A stretch of DNA of 64,000 nt from Paraspadella gotoi (Eukaryota; Animalia; Chaetognatha), in NCBI GenBank assembly GCA_051294375.1, contig CM119269.1, forward strand, positions 20,693,665-20,757,664, written 5' to 3'. Every line of letters begins with the position of its first letter. The first letter of the stretch is position 1. Under the pieces are notes generated by a model. That model had not been told where the DNA came from, did not search any database, and saw nothing but the letters and a program-made list of their open reading frames with translations. Both the position numbers and the translations under genes were made by a program. Shown here piece after piece: positions 36,894 through 56,021 of the stretch.

Positions 36894-39800
36894 ATTGGTG
36901 GCGAGAGAGAATTGAAGGAATTGAGGATAAAGATGGAAGATGTCGTCGTCGATGTTTCTCGATTTGCCATTCGCTTACTTCCAACGTTGCTAAAAATTCA
37001 AATGGTCCTGGGATATAATGTTGATATTCACAATGTTGTCTTTTAAAGTGTTGCTAACCCTTTTATCGCTAACTGATATCATACTTATTACTTAAGGCTC
37101 ACTGTTGATCTACCTTTTATTGCTCACTGTTGATCTTTCACCCACTGCTCAGAGCTCACTGTTGATTTATCGCCTCTCCCATCCTTTTTTCATTTATTTT
37201 GTCGTTTTTAATGTCACCTTTTGATTATAAAAGTTCAAAACTGCTTTGAGTAAGATTTCTTTCTTCCCATTGTTTCAGTCGCGACGGCAGCTTTAAAATA
37301 GTCCAAGGGCAATTATATTAAAAGCTATAAAATAGTCCAAGGGCAATCATATTAAAATATTTTTATTCATAGCCAGCGATGTAAAAACAAATCTTTGGTA
37401 GCATCTTGGCAGCCATTTAGGTAAAAAAATTGTGTAGCATTTTCTCGACAACAAAAAAAACTTGGTTTCCGGCGAATCACATACTTTTATGGTTCACATG
37501 GGTGGAATTTGTTGGTTTTTATTTTAATTTTGTTTGGCTTGACGATCTGTGTTGTAAAATTAAAATGTTTATTTCTATTCTTTTGTTTGATATGTTTAGC
37601 ATAGGAGAGTAAGAAAGAAAGAATGTGAAAGACTCGCGATAGCCAAAAGCATTGACTGGGTAGAGGGGAGTGGGGAGTGGGGTCAGAAGGGGGACAAGGA
37701 TTGCATAATTGATGGCGGAGATTATTCCTAGAGGCGAATAAAGTTTCTACAGGCAGAGTGAAAACGACACCAACGACGACGACGACGACGACGACGACGA
37801 CAGCCACGCTATGCTTGAAGCCAAAACCTCTTCTACGTTGCACGTTCTTTTACGAAAACATTACCGTTTCGTCGTTTTTTTCTTTTTTTTGGCGACCGCA
37901 GTCCTTTATTTTCCGGCCAATAGTAGTAGTCATGTGCAAAAAAATCGCGTCACTTTATATCAGACTTTAAAAATTACCTTATTTACTTGGATTTTTTTTT
38001 TTTTTAATATAAAGTGAAAAGACAGTAATTATTGTTGTGTTAGTGACAGAACCGTTCAATATAAGCAGTCCTTAAGAGCAATGATTTTTTAAAAAGAGGT
38101 TATCAACTGCAAAGTTGAATGTAAAAAAAATCTGATTAATTTAAGACTAATCTTCTTTTTTTTAATATTTTGCTTTCCTTGTACTAGATTAAAAATTAAA
38201 AATTAAAAAAAAAACAAACTGGATTTAGCTATGCAATAGAACTTAAATTGCATCCCAAAGTGACTGAGCTCTCAGTTGAAAGCAATAAATTGTTACAGTA
38301 ATTGCGCATCAAAATCGCTGTTAGAAATAAAACCCTAAAATATTTGAAAAATCATTACAAATCCATGCCGGTCTGAATTTCTGTATTATCATTAATAGGT
38401 AAGTCTAATTATAACTATTCACCTTCTTATTAATCAGTGGCAGATCACCTTTTCAGATTTTCTCGTCACTGATGCGGATTATCGCGATGTAAAATGTCCT
38501 CTCGCTCAAATCAGTCTGACAAGAACTGGAAATGAACCGCCCATTTTCGTCCTTCTCCTATTCCTTTCCTCTTCTTATTTCCTCCCTTCCTCCCTCTACC
38601 TCCTCGTGCTCTCTCAATTTCAGAGTTGACAGCGCAAATCCCCCAGGTGTCAGCAGAGGCTCGCGACGATGACCGCGACGACGACGCCAACCGCTGCTTT
38701 TTTTGTTTGGCTTAATAAATGCGAAAAAGTGAAGTGTGAGCGGATGTAATACGTAAAATGTAATGTACGTAATGTAATTTAATGTATTATAATTAATTCT
38801 ATACGGGAAACGGTAAGGTTGTGCTATTCCCAAGAAATTTAAAATATAAGTATAAACAAAAAACAAAAAACAAAAACGACAAAAAAACAAAAACATTAAG
38901 TTTTCGGCCTCATAACCTTTTTCGTAGATAACTATATATATATGCGCATTTCCAAATAGCACGAAACGCTGCCTAAGCAAATTACGAAAGATCAAACTCA
39001 TAACAGAATATTAGCAACTGTATTTTTTAACCGCGACAACAACAACGGTTACAACAACGACGACGATTACAGGGTGATCCCCCATGATTCTCGACAGTCC
39101 GATAGCTTTGGTCTCGTCTAATCACCTTATTAATGCCCGACCGTTCGTGTGGATACATATTACATAATCCACTCCTCGACAACATTTCCCCCCCCTTTCT
39201 TTTTCTTCCACACTTCAACTCCTTTTCCTTTCTTTTTTTTTTTTTTGCGCTCGCTCCTTTTCTTTTTGCTTCTCACATTCACTCATACCGCTTTTTTCCT
39301 CCTCAGCTTTACTTTCTTATTCCTTTTTCCTTGCACGTCCCTTCCTTTTACTCGAACGTCATCACATTTCTACTTATTTTCGCTCGAACGCCCGTACGAA
39401 CCTGACTCCTATCACGTTCTTCTAACGTTTTCTTCTCTCGCATTCCTGCTTCTACCTCCCTCTAGTGATTTCCTTCTATTTATCGGCACTCGACTATTCG
39501 ACTACTCGACTATTACTCGAAGGCGAGTGACCTTTCGATCGTTTGCTTCTTGATCTTTTCGCTGTCGTCATCTTGACGGTCTCCTGATCTCTTGATCTTG
39601 ATCAACGATGGGGAAGTCCAACCCGCGAAAACCAACGGGTGGCTGATGTTAAAATGGATCAGATATAAAAGACAAGGGAGATTAAAGGTGAAGAAAAAGA
39701 AGTAAAGAGATGAAAATGAAAAGTTAGATATGTAAAGAAAAAAGAAACAAAGTTTAGTGTAGGCTGGTACTGGGGGTAGTGGGCACTGGGTACTTGGTAG

Positions 39801-40069
39801 TGTGTAGGTAATATGAATGCAATCACAGAAACAAAGTTGATATTTCGATAGAATTCGAAGAAGATAGACAGAAGAATTAGAGATCAAAAATGATTTTCAA
39901 TAACTTGTGACAAGTTATGGAAACGAATAGGCTCCGCAAAAAAAAAAAAAAAGATGCAGTCCAATATTTTTCTCTCCGTCATGTCGCGTCGGTTGTCATG
40001 ACGACAACAACGCCCACGTTCGTTCCTCGTTTATGCAGGTCGTTTTCTCTTTAATTCTTGTTATCAGAC

Positions 40070-40575
40070 TCTTTTTTACCCGGTGGGAAGTTTCTCTAAT
40101 AATCCTTTTCAGTTGAGTCGCGAGTACTCGAGGAGCAACTCAATATGTCACTTTTTGGTCGATCGGTATATCCGTTTGTCTGTCTGTCTGTTTGTTTGTC
40201 TGTCGTCAGTCCTTCAGTCTGTCCCACTTAAAAATATTTAAAACTCGATTAATAATTCATCAGTTTATTTCATATTTGAAAGTGACGTACCATAAGACCA
40301 TTAACGTGCCGAAGTTGTATGTTGTAAAGTCACGTGATCATCTTAAAAAGCGATCCCGTAACCCAAAATTCTATGCGGCTTTAATTTGGTTGCTCTTTTA
40401 TTTTTGCTGAAACGAAAAGAACCTTCAATCGAAGCAACTGCTAGCGCGACCTTTTGTTTTTAGAGGAATTATATAAAATTTATATAATTTATAATTAATA
40501 AAGAATAAAAGATAAGAATTACAACAGTTCGTGTTGAACGCATATTGGTAGTAACGCCATCACCCGGAAATAAAT
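40070..40575 (+). repeat. DINE-1/Helentron-associated-like repeat with (GTYY)n microsatellite
   Basis: TTTTTTACCCG start, then ccgtttgtctgtctgtctgtttgtttgtctgtc; 3' part shared with 22425-22545. Confidence 0.45.
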
Positions 40576-40739
40576 GTTCTTGTTTTTTTTTTTATTCCTA
40601 GAGGCTCTGTCTTTTTGTGTTTTCGCCGTTGACACTAGGGACAATGACAATGACAGTTCGGTTCTTTTTTTTTTTAATTTACAGCCTAATTCTAGGAAAT
40701 ATTGTGTTTAAGTGGAGTAGCTAATTTCGATCTCACATA

Positions 40740-40843
40740 GTGATGGAGGCCTTAAACCACCAAAGCCTGTCCAAAGTCAGGGGCAAGATAGCTTATTTAT
40801 TAAATGAATGGATAATTTTTATATTGGTTGTACCAATTTCATA
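40740..40843 (+). repeat. Repeat family R fragment
   Basis: Near identical to 44680-44783. Confidence 0.9.
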
Positions 40844-41013
40844 GAATCCTACCTATATAACATTTCATTGATTTGTCTTCCCTACCCGATTTCTAAGTTT
40901 TATCGCCACCAGATTTGAACCCTGAACCTTCCAAAGAACTCTCCCGCTATCAACGCGACGTCTCAACTCCGACCCCAAATCAGTCGACGCAATTGAGTTC
41001 GATGACCTCAGCT

Positions 41014-41050
<37 letters not shown>

Positions 41051-41462
41051 CAGAGTCATTTCTGTCTGGTTCTATCCATGGTTTCCCGAGACGAATGGAT
41101 CAGTGACAAGGAAAAAAATGAGTTGGAATTTTTTATTTAAAATCCCCTGTTCTCTATTTCTCTCTACTCTTTGATAATAGGCAATCAATCTATCAATCGT
41201 TCGGTCAAGTATATCAATCGAGCAATCAACTAATAAAAAAAAAAAAGAAACCAAATCAAATAAATCTATCAATTAATCAGTAAACAAATAAATTAATGAT
41301 CAACTATTAATTAAAATCGATGTATTCATTCAATGAATTATCCCATCGGTCCATAAAGCAATCTTTTCTCTCAATTTATTTATCAAATCAATCAAATCAA
41401 ATAATCAAATCATTTATTCAATTGCTCCTCGACTCTAAACCCTGAGGACGTCTAATCTCTCT

Positions 41463-41590
<128 letters not shown>

Positions 41591-42637
41591 CTAACATTTT
41601 TTCATTATTTTATTTTGGTCGTTTTCGTTTCTTCATCCTTTCTCTCTTACGTTGCCAACCAAATCATAAGTATTGATTTTCGGCTTCTCTTCCTTATGGC
41701 TTATCATATTTTCTCTGTTGTTATTTGTCTCTCCTACTTTTCTCTTTTGTTTCCTTTTTAATCTTTAATTACGTTTTAGTCTCGTTCCATTTTCTTCGAT
41801 GAACTTTGCTTTCGCCCCCCCCCCCGAGAATGTCCGTTTTCGCCAATTCTATGTATTTTTTCGTTCTTATGTACGTAAATAATAAATTCTTATACATACA
41901 TTAATTTCTTTCCCAGGGTAATTTTTCTTAGAAATTCAAAGTCAAAGGTCATCTGACTTTTCGGTCCACGACCCAAATTTTCCATTTTTCTTACATTTTC
42001 GTCGAAGCTCTGGCGAAAAAAATTCATTACCGAAAAGAAGATTTCCTTAGTCTGTGATATTTATTTTTCAGATCTTTACTTACTTTATATTTATATTTTA
42101 GAGCCATAAAACTGTTATTTAAATACGTAAACAATGAAATTCGAAGGGATGAAATTCTAAATAAAGATTAAGAAAAAACTAGAAAGCGAAATTATTCTTC
42201 CCTAAAACGAACATAACAACAACAAAATAAATTCTATTTCAGTCACCGAAAGAAAAAAAGAAAGAGTTTCCGGTAAAAGATCGACGTCATTTTGTTACGT
42301 GTCACTAGGAATTCTAGGTATATAGTGTAGTAGTATTTAATATTTAAAGCTTCTTTTACAACGTGATGTCCAAGAAGAAATACCCGAACCTCGAGAAAAG
42401 CCGAGCGGTAATAAAAGTGGCGGGATATGAATCAATAATCATTAACTGATTATGGGAGAGAGAATCAGCGAAGGAATGTGAATTAAGATTAACGAATGAT
42501 TATGAAACCAGTTTAAGAATAGAAATTGAATCAATTCAATCAACAAGTAATATTGGACGGAAAAAAAAAACAAAAAAAAAGAACTTCAAGACTAGCAATG
42601 ACAGTCAAATCCAAAGAATGTGCTAAGGCAGATGTTG

Positions 42638-42706
<69 letters not shown>

Positions 42707-43913
42707 AAAAACAAAGCACATATTGAGAGATTGAGTGAGTGAAAAAAAAATACATTAAAACTGGATGGCGAAGACTCGATGAGTCTACGCGTGAGTCAGG
42801 CGAGAAAAATCGCGTGAAGATGAAATGGGGGAAGAGAAAAAGGGGGATGGAGAGGGAGAAGAAAAGGAGTCATAGAGGGAGCCTCATCTATAAAAAAAAA
42901 ATGATAAGAAGCGTCTCGATCGATAGATTTTTTTTGGCTTTTTTAATTCGATCTCCATTTTAACTTTTTTTCATTTTTCTGCGCAAACCGATTCATCTTT
43001 CTCGGTCTTCGTCGAAGAGGGAAAATATCGTATACAGCAAAAACGGTAATTCTTTACAATCGGAGACGATTATATCGGTAACCGCGCTGAATAAAATTCG
43101 AATATGACAGCTCATCATCCTCCCCGTAAAAAATGGGAACGATTTCGCGCGATTCCTTCGATCAAAGACAAATATCACGACTCAGTGGCGAATAAAATGC
43201 GCCCACAGTGGATCGACGCGATTGAACGGCGCACAGTGAATCGATTAGGGGTCGATCGAATCACGAGGCCGGTGACGGTTTTTCCGATTTTCTACTTTGT
43301 TCTCTGCTTCGTTTGCCTCTTTTCGAAGACGTCTTCTTCCGACGCTGTGAGTCGTCTGAACTATCGTCGCTTTTGGTCATCGTTTCCTTTTTCTTCGACG
43401 ACGACGATGCCGACGACAACAACGACGATGCCAACGACAACAACGACGACGATTTCTCGCTCCATAAAATCGCGACTTCCGACGCTAACGGAATTTTTAG
43501 GCGAATTGAAAAACGAGGAAATAAGATTGAAGGTGAAAAGTTTAGGGTCGTTGGAAGTTGTGAACGACCAAAAAAAGGGAAAGTCGCTAACTCGAAACTA
43601 GTTCTGAATGTTACATGTCATAGACTTTGATTTTATTCAACTTTATTCATTCATTCTGTCATTCGTTCTTTTATCATTCATTTATCGTTCATTCAACCCG
43701 GTTTCACTATAGTAGTAATCTGTGACCAAATATAGTCAGCAATACTTTTGACAATTTTCTTCTTTGATTAAAAATCCAAATAAATGTTTTTGTCGCAGCC
43801 GCAGATGACGTCATCGCGCCAACAACGGCGACGACGACGACGACGACGACGAGGAATTTCTGGCTCCGCCCATTTTTACCACAACGTCAGATGCACGCGA
43901 ATTTCCAGGTGAA

Positions 43914-44053
43914 ACGACGACGATAACGACGACGATAACGACGACGATAACGACGACGATAACGACGACGATAACGACGACGATAACGACGACGATAACG
44001 ACGACGATAACGACGACGATAACGACGACGATAACGACGACGATAACGACGAC
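43914..44053. repeat. 12-bp tandem repeat (ACGACGACGATA)n, ~11 copies
   Basis: Directly visible. Confidence 0.95.
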
Positions 44054-44308
44054 GCGACCGGTGATACCGACAATACTGACGATGTGGAAGGCGACGATGG
44101 AAAATAGTGAATCGTGAATTGTGAATGAAGAGGGAGTGAATTGCGGAGACTCAATCCGTGAATGACGTCGGTCGGAGTTTCTCTTTCGCGACTTTTTCTC
44201 TGTTTCTCTGTTCTCAGTTTCTGGAATTTTTTTTGTTTTTGTTTCTGTTCTGTTTCCTGGTTTCATGTTTCTGTTTTCTGTTTTCTGTTGTTTTCTGTTT
44301 TTGTTTCT

Positions 44309-44348
<40 letters not shown>

Positions 44349-44499
44349 CTGTTTTTTTTCTGTTTCTGTTTCTGTTTCTGTTTCTGTTTCTGTTTCAGTT
44401 TCTGTTCTCAGTTTCTCTGTCGCGACTCGCGTTTGAGTTGACTGCCAACCATGAGGGGACGCTTTTCGGCAATCGATGAATAATATAGTATATAATAAT

Positions 44500-44800
44500 A
44501 TAGTATTCCCCGATCTAATACTTAAGGGAGTGGTCTTTTCATACAATTGAAACATTCTTTGAAATATTATACCACTTCATTGATAGGGAAGCCAGGTTCA
44601 CTGGGAGTGAATAAACAAGTCTGTGAGAGAGGCTTGATTAAAAGCTTGCAGAAACCTGTTATGTTATTATCTTGCAAGTGTGATGGAGGCCTTAAACCAC
44701 CAAAGCCTGTCCAAAGTCAGGGACAAGATAGCTTATTTATTAAATGGATGGATAATTTTTATATTGGTTGTACCAATTTCATAAAAAATACCAGTGCATG
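44500..44800 (+). repeat. Repeat family R, longest copy
   Basis: 3' part matches 40740-40843 and 31880-32010; 5' part matches the reverse complement of 51288-51470. Confidence 0.85.
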
Positions 44801-45064
44801 TACAGTACAGTACAGTACAGTATTGTACACTAGTTTATAAAGGTTTAGGCCATTATTTTAAAGCGATTAGAGTTTAATAAATCTAGTGTTTAAAAGATAT
44901 TTAAAAGGGATTTCGCATCAACGACGCTGATTCCTACTCCAACACTGTGATTTTTTTTTTTTTTTTTTTTTTGAAATAATGAATAATATTGAATGATTCA
45001 TCGCGCGTGGGAAATCACAGTGCATCTTCTCAACGATGAAGAAAAGAAAAAGCGGGAAAGCAGA

Positions 45065-45096
<32 letters not shown>

Positions 45097-45231
45097 CGTC
45101 GTCGTCGTAGTCATCGTCGTCGTCTTCGTCATCGTCGCAGTTTTTAGTCATTTTACTTTTTAGTCATTGTCATTATCTCATCGTCAAGGAATTCGTTGTA
45201 TCCTCGTCGGCTTCCTTGTCATTTCATCGTC

Positions 45232-52041
<6,810 letters not shown>

Positions 52042-53743
52042 AATAACGCTAAAATGAATAAGAAAATAATTTTGAACTTATATTAATATTACAAGATTCA
52101 ACCGGACTCCGTCAATAGATGAAGAACCTTCGATGGCCACAAAATATATTAAATGCGGTTTCTCTGCTTCTGCCAGAGAATGTAGTACCAAGGCAGACAA
52201 TTCTATCACGGCTGAACCAAAACCAACTGCGGCTTGAACCAAAATCTGACTCCTTCGCAGAATTAAGAATAATTTTTTGGCAATAATTTGTCAAAAGATG
52301 ACTAAGAATTAATGAACAAACGGTGTATCATACAGCAGTTCCTAAACTCCGAATCAGGCACAAGGCGGCCACATTGGAACCTTTGTGTTGGAAAGAGAAC
52401 GACTTGCCGAGGACTCCCATGAACAGTTAACAGTGAACAGTTAACCTCTCTGAACAGTTGGTGGATTTTGATCCACTGTTTTGTACGATTTTTTTTTTCT
52501 TTTCATGCTATAAATTTTTGTTTTTTCAATTAAAGAATTGCAAACAAATATTAATTTTTGCTAAAAATATATTAACAGCAGTGAAAAACTGATCGGTCAT
52601 ATTTGAGAGCCACAACATCATCTCCAGTACTATAAAATCTTAAAATATTAGTAGATTCTTTCACAACTAATCTGTAAATTTTTTTCTTCCTAGAACTGCC
52701 ACTTAGTCTAACTTAGACTCTAAGGCATTCTGCGTATTATATCAGGGACAGGGGGATCAAAACTTTTGTTTTCGGTTTAAAAATGGCCCTTGAAAGTGCT
52801 GCTCTTCCCGGCCTTTTTTAAAGCGCGGGAAAAAAGAGCATCACATTTTCCAAAAAGTTTCGTGTCAGAGCAGAGACAGAGCCGAGGCAGAAATCAACTT
52901 GAGAGAGCACAGTCTGGCCTGGCCACTAAACTTTCCCAGGTCGTCCTATCTCCATCCCGAGGGCGAATTTTAGAGATTGAGTCATTTTCATTGGAGGTCG
53001 AATGACGATAGCGTGACGATAGCTACAATAATAATCTTGCTTATGACGAATGTCGTCGCCCAGGCCCAGGGTCAATGATTTCTTTTTTTCTTTTGTCGTT
53101 ACTTTTTCTCTTCGATCAGTTAGAAAATCAATTATTAGAATTAATAACTTGGCTTTTTTCTCGTCTATTTTTTCCCTCTCTCTTCGATGCACTTGTTCGA
53201 AACTTCTGGGATCGAAGAGAAAGATGAATCTCAATTTGGCGGCAGCACCCTCTCCTTCTCTCTCCTCTCTTCTCTCTCCTCTGTCTTCTCACTCTCTCTG
53301 ACTCTGTTACTCTGATCCGCTTCCGGGATAAACAGTTTCAACAGGTTGAGTAAGAGAAAAAAACAGAAAAAAAAAAAACAACAGAAAACCACACACAACC
53401 CCAATCTGCTGACGCTTTTCTTCAGAGATAAAATTTCTCATAAATTACTATGAATCTGTTCATAATCATCCGCTTTTAAATAACATAAACAGTTGTCATT
53501 CATCGACCTTCAATAAAAGAAAACTAACATTTTTTTTTCGAACTTTCGCTGTTTAGAAAATCGTGATAGAACACTCGATCGAGTAAAAAACAAAATAAAA
53601 TAAAAAATCGTGATTATAAAACTAGTGATAAAAAAACCCGAATTGATCCACGATTTTTTTTTGGTGAAAAAAGTCACGGGCGTTATTTTGAAAAAAAAAA
53701 ATTAAAAATAAATAAATTTTATAAATAAATACAAACTCGAGAG

Positions 53744-55954
53744 ATGGCGACGGAGTCTAGGAACGCTTCGCCCGATAAAGGGACGACGAAATCGACGAAA
53801 TCGACCAAAACGACGATTTGCGAGATGGACGCTTACCCGTGTCAGTTCAACCTGCCAGCCTCCGTCAGCCTGCTCCTGCCCTCCACCGAAACACTTGTCT
53901 TGCTCGACGCGTTGGAAAGTTTCAAGAAATTCGTCGGTAAGTCCATGCCTTGTTTTTTTTTTTTACTTAGAATAATAAAGAAGAAGTCAATATCCTGGGA
54001 TTTCGGTTCCGTTTAATCAGAAAGAAACGAATCAGGTTTTTAAATTTAGTAGATAAAAAAGTAGAAAAACAAGAAAAACAAGTTTTTTAAAAAGGCGAAA
54101 AAATACCAAGTTTCCCGAATTTCAGGGAAGAGCATTCGAAACAAAGAGCTGTTCTTGAGTCTGAACGAAGGAAAAGCCTTAGAGATGGTCATCGTTCTTG
54201 TAAATCACGAGGACGAAGCAGGTTCGATCACATGGAAATAATTAACAAATAAAGTGAAAATAGTTGTCGAGAATTTGATCAATTTCCAAATCCAAAGTTT
54301 TTGCAACGATTTCAAAGACGAAAAAAAAACGTATCAAAAACGATATAAAAATAACCGCTGGGGTGTGAGCAAAATAAAACTACGAGCGTGAACAAAAAGT
54401 TGTCGATCGTCGAAGATAATATAAAAAGTGATCTTGACAATCGGATCGTGATACATTAATTAATAATATTAATAATATTGAAAGTAACTTCTACTTTCTC
54501 TCGATCAAAGTTAGTCTCGCTAGTCTGGAACTACTCGCGGCGCTCGTTCCTGAAATGTTCGAATCCGGCGTGTTCGCCATCCGCAAAAAAAAGAACGCTG
54601 TTCCCGCTATTCTCACCGCTGTGGAGCCCCCGCTTGCAGACGCAGGGATTCACGAGGTAGAAGGCCTTAATAACTATTTGAAACAGAACGGCAGGAGAAA
54701 TTGTTAAAATTCGTTTCAGGCTGGAATCTTTTGTTTGATCCGTCTCTGTCGCGGTGACCTGAAAAGTACAATGAAGTTCCACGAACTGGGTGAGAGAGAG
54801 AGAGAGAAAGAAAAAGAAATATTTTAGACGGTAAACAACTCTCTTTATACTCAGATGGGCTCGACGTAATGGTAAAGCTGATGGCGAAGGACAATTTTGA
54901 TGTCGTTGTTCTCGTTATGCGTTGTCTCGTTGCCGTTTGTCAAGAGAGTCTGGACGCCAGGTTAAAATCTCGATTTCAATGCAATCTGATGACGCCGTTA
55001 GAGAATATTGAATTAGCTTGATTTAGCTTGATTTTAGGATTAGGAGTTAGTACTGAAGTTAAAGCGTGAAAAAGAATGACGAAACCTTGGCTTTGTGCGT
55101 TTATTTTCCAACAGATACGATTTGTTTCACATGGAAAAATTCGTGAAGTTAATCATCGCGTTTTGCAATCACGAGATGCCAGAGATTCAGTCGTGAGTTG
55201 TAGACGTTTGTGGAGAGGAGTTTTGAAAATACATAAGTCGATTGTAGACCATGAATTTTAACGGTAAACTTTTTGCCCGATTTTTTGTTAAATGCAAATT
55301 TCATGACAGGATTGTATGTTTTCAGCATAAGAATTATCATCTGGTAGAGAAAATACGTACATTTTGTAGTTTTGATGAAATAGGCATTCCCTCATTCCCT
55401 CCGCTCCACTAGTCTCTCCCTGGACCTGATCGCGCTCGCTGCGCAGCACCGTCAACTTCGCAATCATATTCGCTGTGTAAAGATTCTCATAACAATCGGA
55501 AAGAAGTTACTGAGCGAGGAGGAGGTGCCGCCTAACTCGCAGGCTGTCAAGATCCTGCAGACCTTCGTCGACGCCTGTACGGGCGAGGAGGCAAATATCC
55601 GGTTTGCTCAAGGGCTCGGCTTGCTCCATTGGAGCCTCGACGTCGTTGCCGAACGGGATCCGCAGGCCAAGAGGTTCTGTTTATTTATGATCGGTCGTGT
55701 TGTTTTGCTTCAGTTTGATTTTTCTTTTGGTTTGTTGGCTAAATTTAATTTGAAGACGGTGGTGTCTTGCGGCTTCAAAAACTAAATCAAAATGAAAAAT
55801 CTGTTTTTGCATCGTAATAAAATGAAACTCTACAGAGGTAAAAACCGGTTACGTAAAAGAGTAAAGAAGTTGCTGGACAACATTTCATTTTGGAACGTAA
55901 TTTTCTTTCCTAATTTTTTTCTCATCCAATTCGTAATTCCGTGTTATGTATTTT

Positions 55955-56021
<67 letters not shown>

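Noticed and set aside
52112-52420. Possible pogo/Tigger transposase remnant on the minus strand (FGSSRSWF)
   Set aside because: Single weak motif, no TIRs.
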